DNA of 64,000 nucleotides, taken from Chrysomallon squamiferum. Lineage: Eukaryota; Animalia; Mollusca. The notes under the pieces are model-generated. The model saw only the letters and a program-made list of their open reading frames with translations. It was not told the origin of the DNA and searched no databases. The DNA is taken from NCBI GenBank assembly GCA_012295275.1, contig CM022669.1, positions 17,484,001 through 17,548,000 of the forward strand, read 5' to 3'. The position numbers and the translations under genes are program-made. Each line of letters starts with the position of its first letter. Positions within the stretch are counted from its first letter, which is position 1. This document shows positions 63,027-64,000 of the stretch, piece after piece.

Positions 63027-63968
63027 TTAATAACATCGTTTAGGGAGAGAAATTGTTCTGAGTGTTGTGTTTCCAATTTTCAGAGTTTCGCGCTTGTATC
63101 CTGTACGAGCTTCGTTCTCACGGAACACAAAAGGGAAGAAATCGTACAACTGGCTGCAATCAACAGAAACACTTTTTTGTCCTTTGTTCTCTTTATGCAG
63201 ATAACCCATGGTCACACACTTCTTTACGTTATAAAACGTAGCTACAAGTTTTACTCTTCTACAAGGTACTGGGGCATATCGGTTTTCAAAAAGACGTAGT
63301 TGAAGCGGATATATAATATCTTTTGTGTACACAAACTTTTTCACACAACTGTGAGAACCAAAAATATGAGTGGAATTTTCTTTCAAGAAAAATATATCCA
63401 TGAATGGAAATTTATAGCTCACCCCTATTCCAGAAGGGAGCTCCTTCATGTAAAACTTCCACGTGCTGTCATGTTCCGAGTGAACGCCATAACCAGGGAC
63501 ACTTCCAAAAATCCTTTTTATTTTGTCCAAATCTGATGTTACGATGACGACATCGAGGTCGTCATCCCAGGGTGTAATTCCATAATGACGGTAAGATCCT
63601 AAGAGAGCTCCGTCCCGCAAGAAACAAGTGAGGTTAGCTTTGCGACAAGTCTCCATTAATTTGTTAAAAGTCAGAACCATCAGGTCCTGGTCCTTTGGTG
63701 AGAGTATAGGGAAGAACTGTCTAAGTAAAGTATTGTTCATCAAGCGGTCTTTATTAGGAAGATACCAAGCGCCCATTATTTGCTGATCTTTCGTGAATGG
63801 AATCTTTACATCATTTCCTGTTGGAGAATCGTTTCTCTCAGAATGACTGATACTGGGTTGGATAACATTCAGGATATCAGCATAGTTAAGGTGTTGGAAA
63901 TACAGGTATCCAATTAGATATAATATTACGAACATACCAGCAATTATGAAACAAGTTGCTCTTCCCAT
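63027..63968 (-). CDS. LicD/fukutin-family phosphotransferase, copy 9 (class B, with private substitutions)
   Basis: 313-aa ORF; FLRDGALLGSYRHYGITPWDDDLD. Confidence 0.85.
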   Translation of the reverse strand: MGRATCFIIAGMFVILYLIGYLYFQHLNYADILNVIQPSISHSERNDSPTGNDVKIPFTKDQQIMGAWYLPNKDRLMNNTLLRQFFPILSPKDQDLMVLTFNKLMETCRKANLTCFLRDGALLGSYRHYGITPWDDDLDVVIVTSDLDKIKRIFGSVPGYGVHSEHDSTWKFYMKELPSGIGVSYKFPFMDIFFLKENSTHIFGSHSCVKKFVYTKDIIYPLQLRLFENRYAPVPCRRVKLVATFYNVKKCVTMGYLHKENKGQKSVSVDCSQLYDFFPFVFRENEARTGYKRETLKIGNTTLRTISLPKRCY

Positions 63969-64000
63969 TCTTATAGTTCTGATACTTTGAAATCAAATAA

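Noticed and set aside
27064-63968. Bacterial contamination or recent horizontal transfer of licD
   Set aside because: Genes have type II anchors, N-glycosylation sequons, putative UTR introns and microsatellite-rich flanks, and are contiguous with fibrillin. An ancient origin would need a phylogeny.

Overview
AT-rich, microsatellite-rich animal genomic DNA; intron style and the LicD expansion suggest a mollusc or other lophotrochozoan (inference only). The window has two compartments. (1) 268-23292, + strand: the last 43 coding exons of a fibrillin gene, about 1,910 aa. Module order is 12 cbEGF-TB-2 cbEGF-TB-7 cbEGF-TB-5 cbEGF-TB-7 EGF-C-terminal propeptide, matching vertebrate fibrillin from cbEGF11 onward. 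It has one GC-AG intron, no RGD in TB4, and two furin-type sites in the C-terminus. (2) About 27,000-64,000, - strand: a head-to-tail array of nine single-coding-exon type II membrane LicD/fukutin-family phosphotransferase genes. Seven are intact, one has a nonsense codon and one is frameshifted; there are also three 3' remnants and orphan promoter modules. The copies fall into three catalytic-domain classes (A, B, C), are mosaics of one another, and vary at the nucleotidyltransferase G-S motif and two loops. This looks like a diversifying glycan-decoration repertoire. All coordinates were read by eye and no database search was run.
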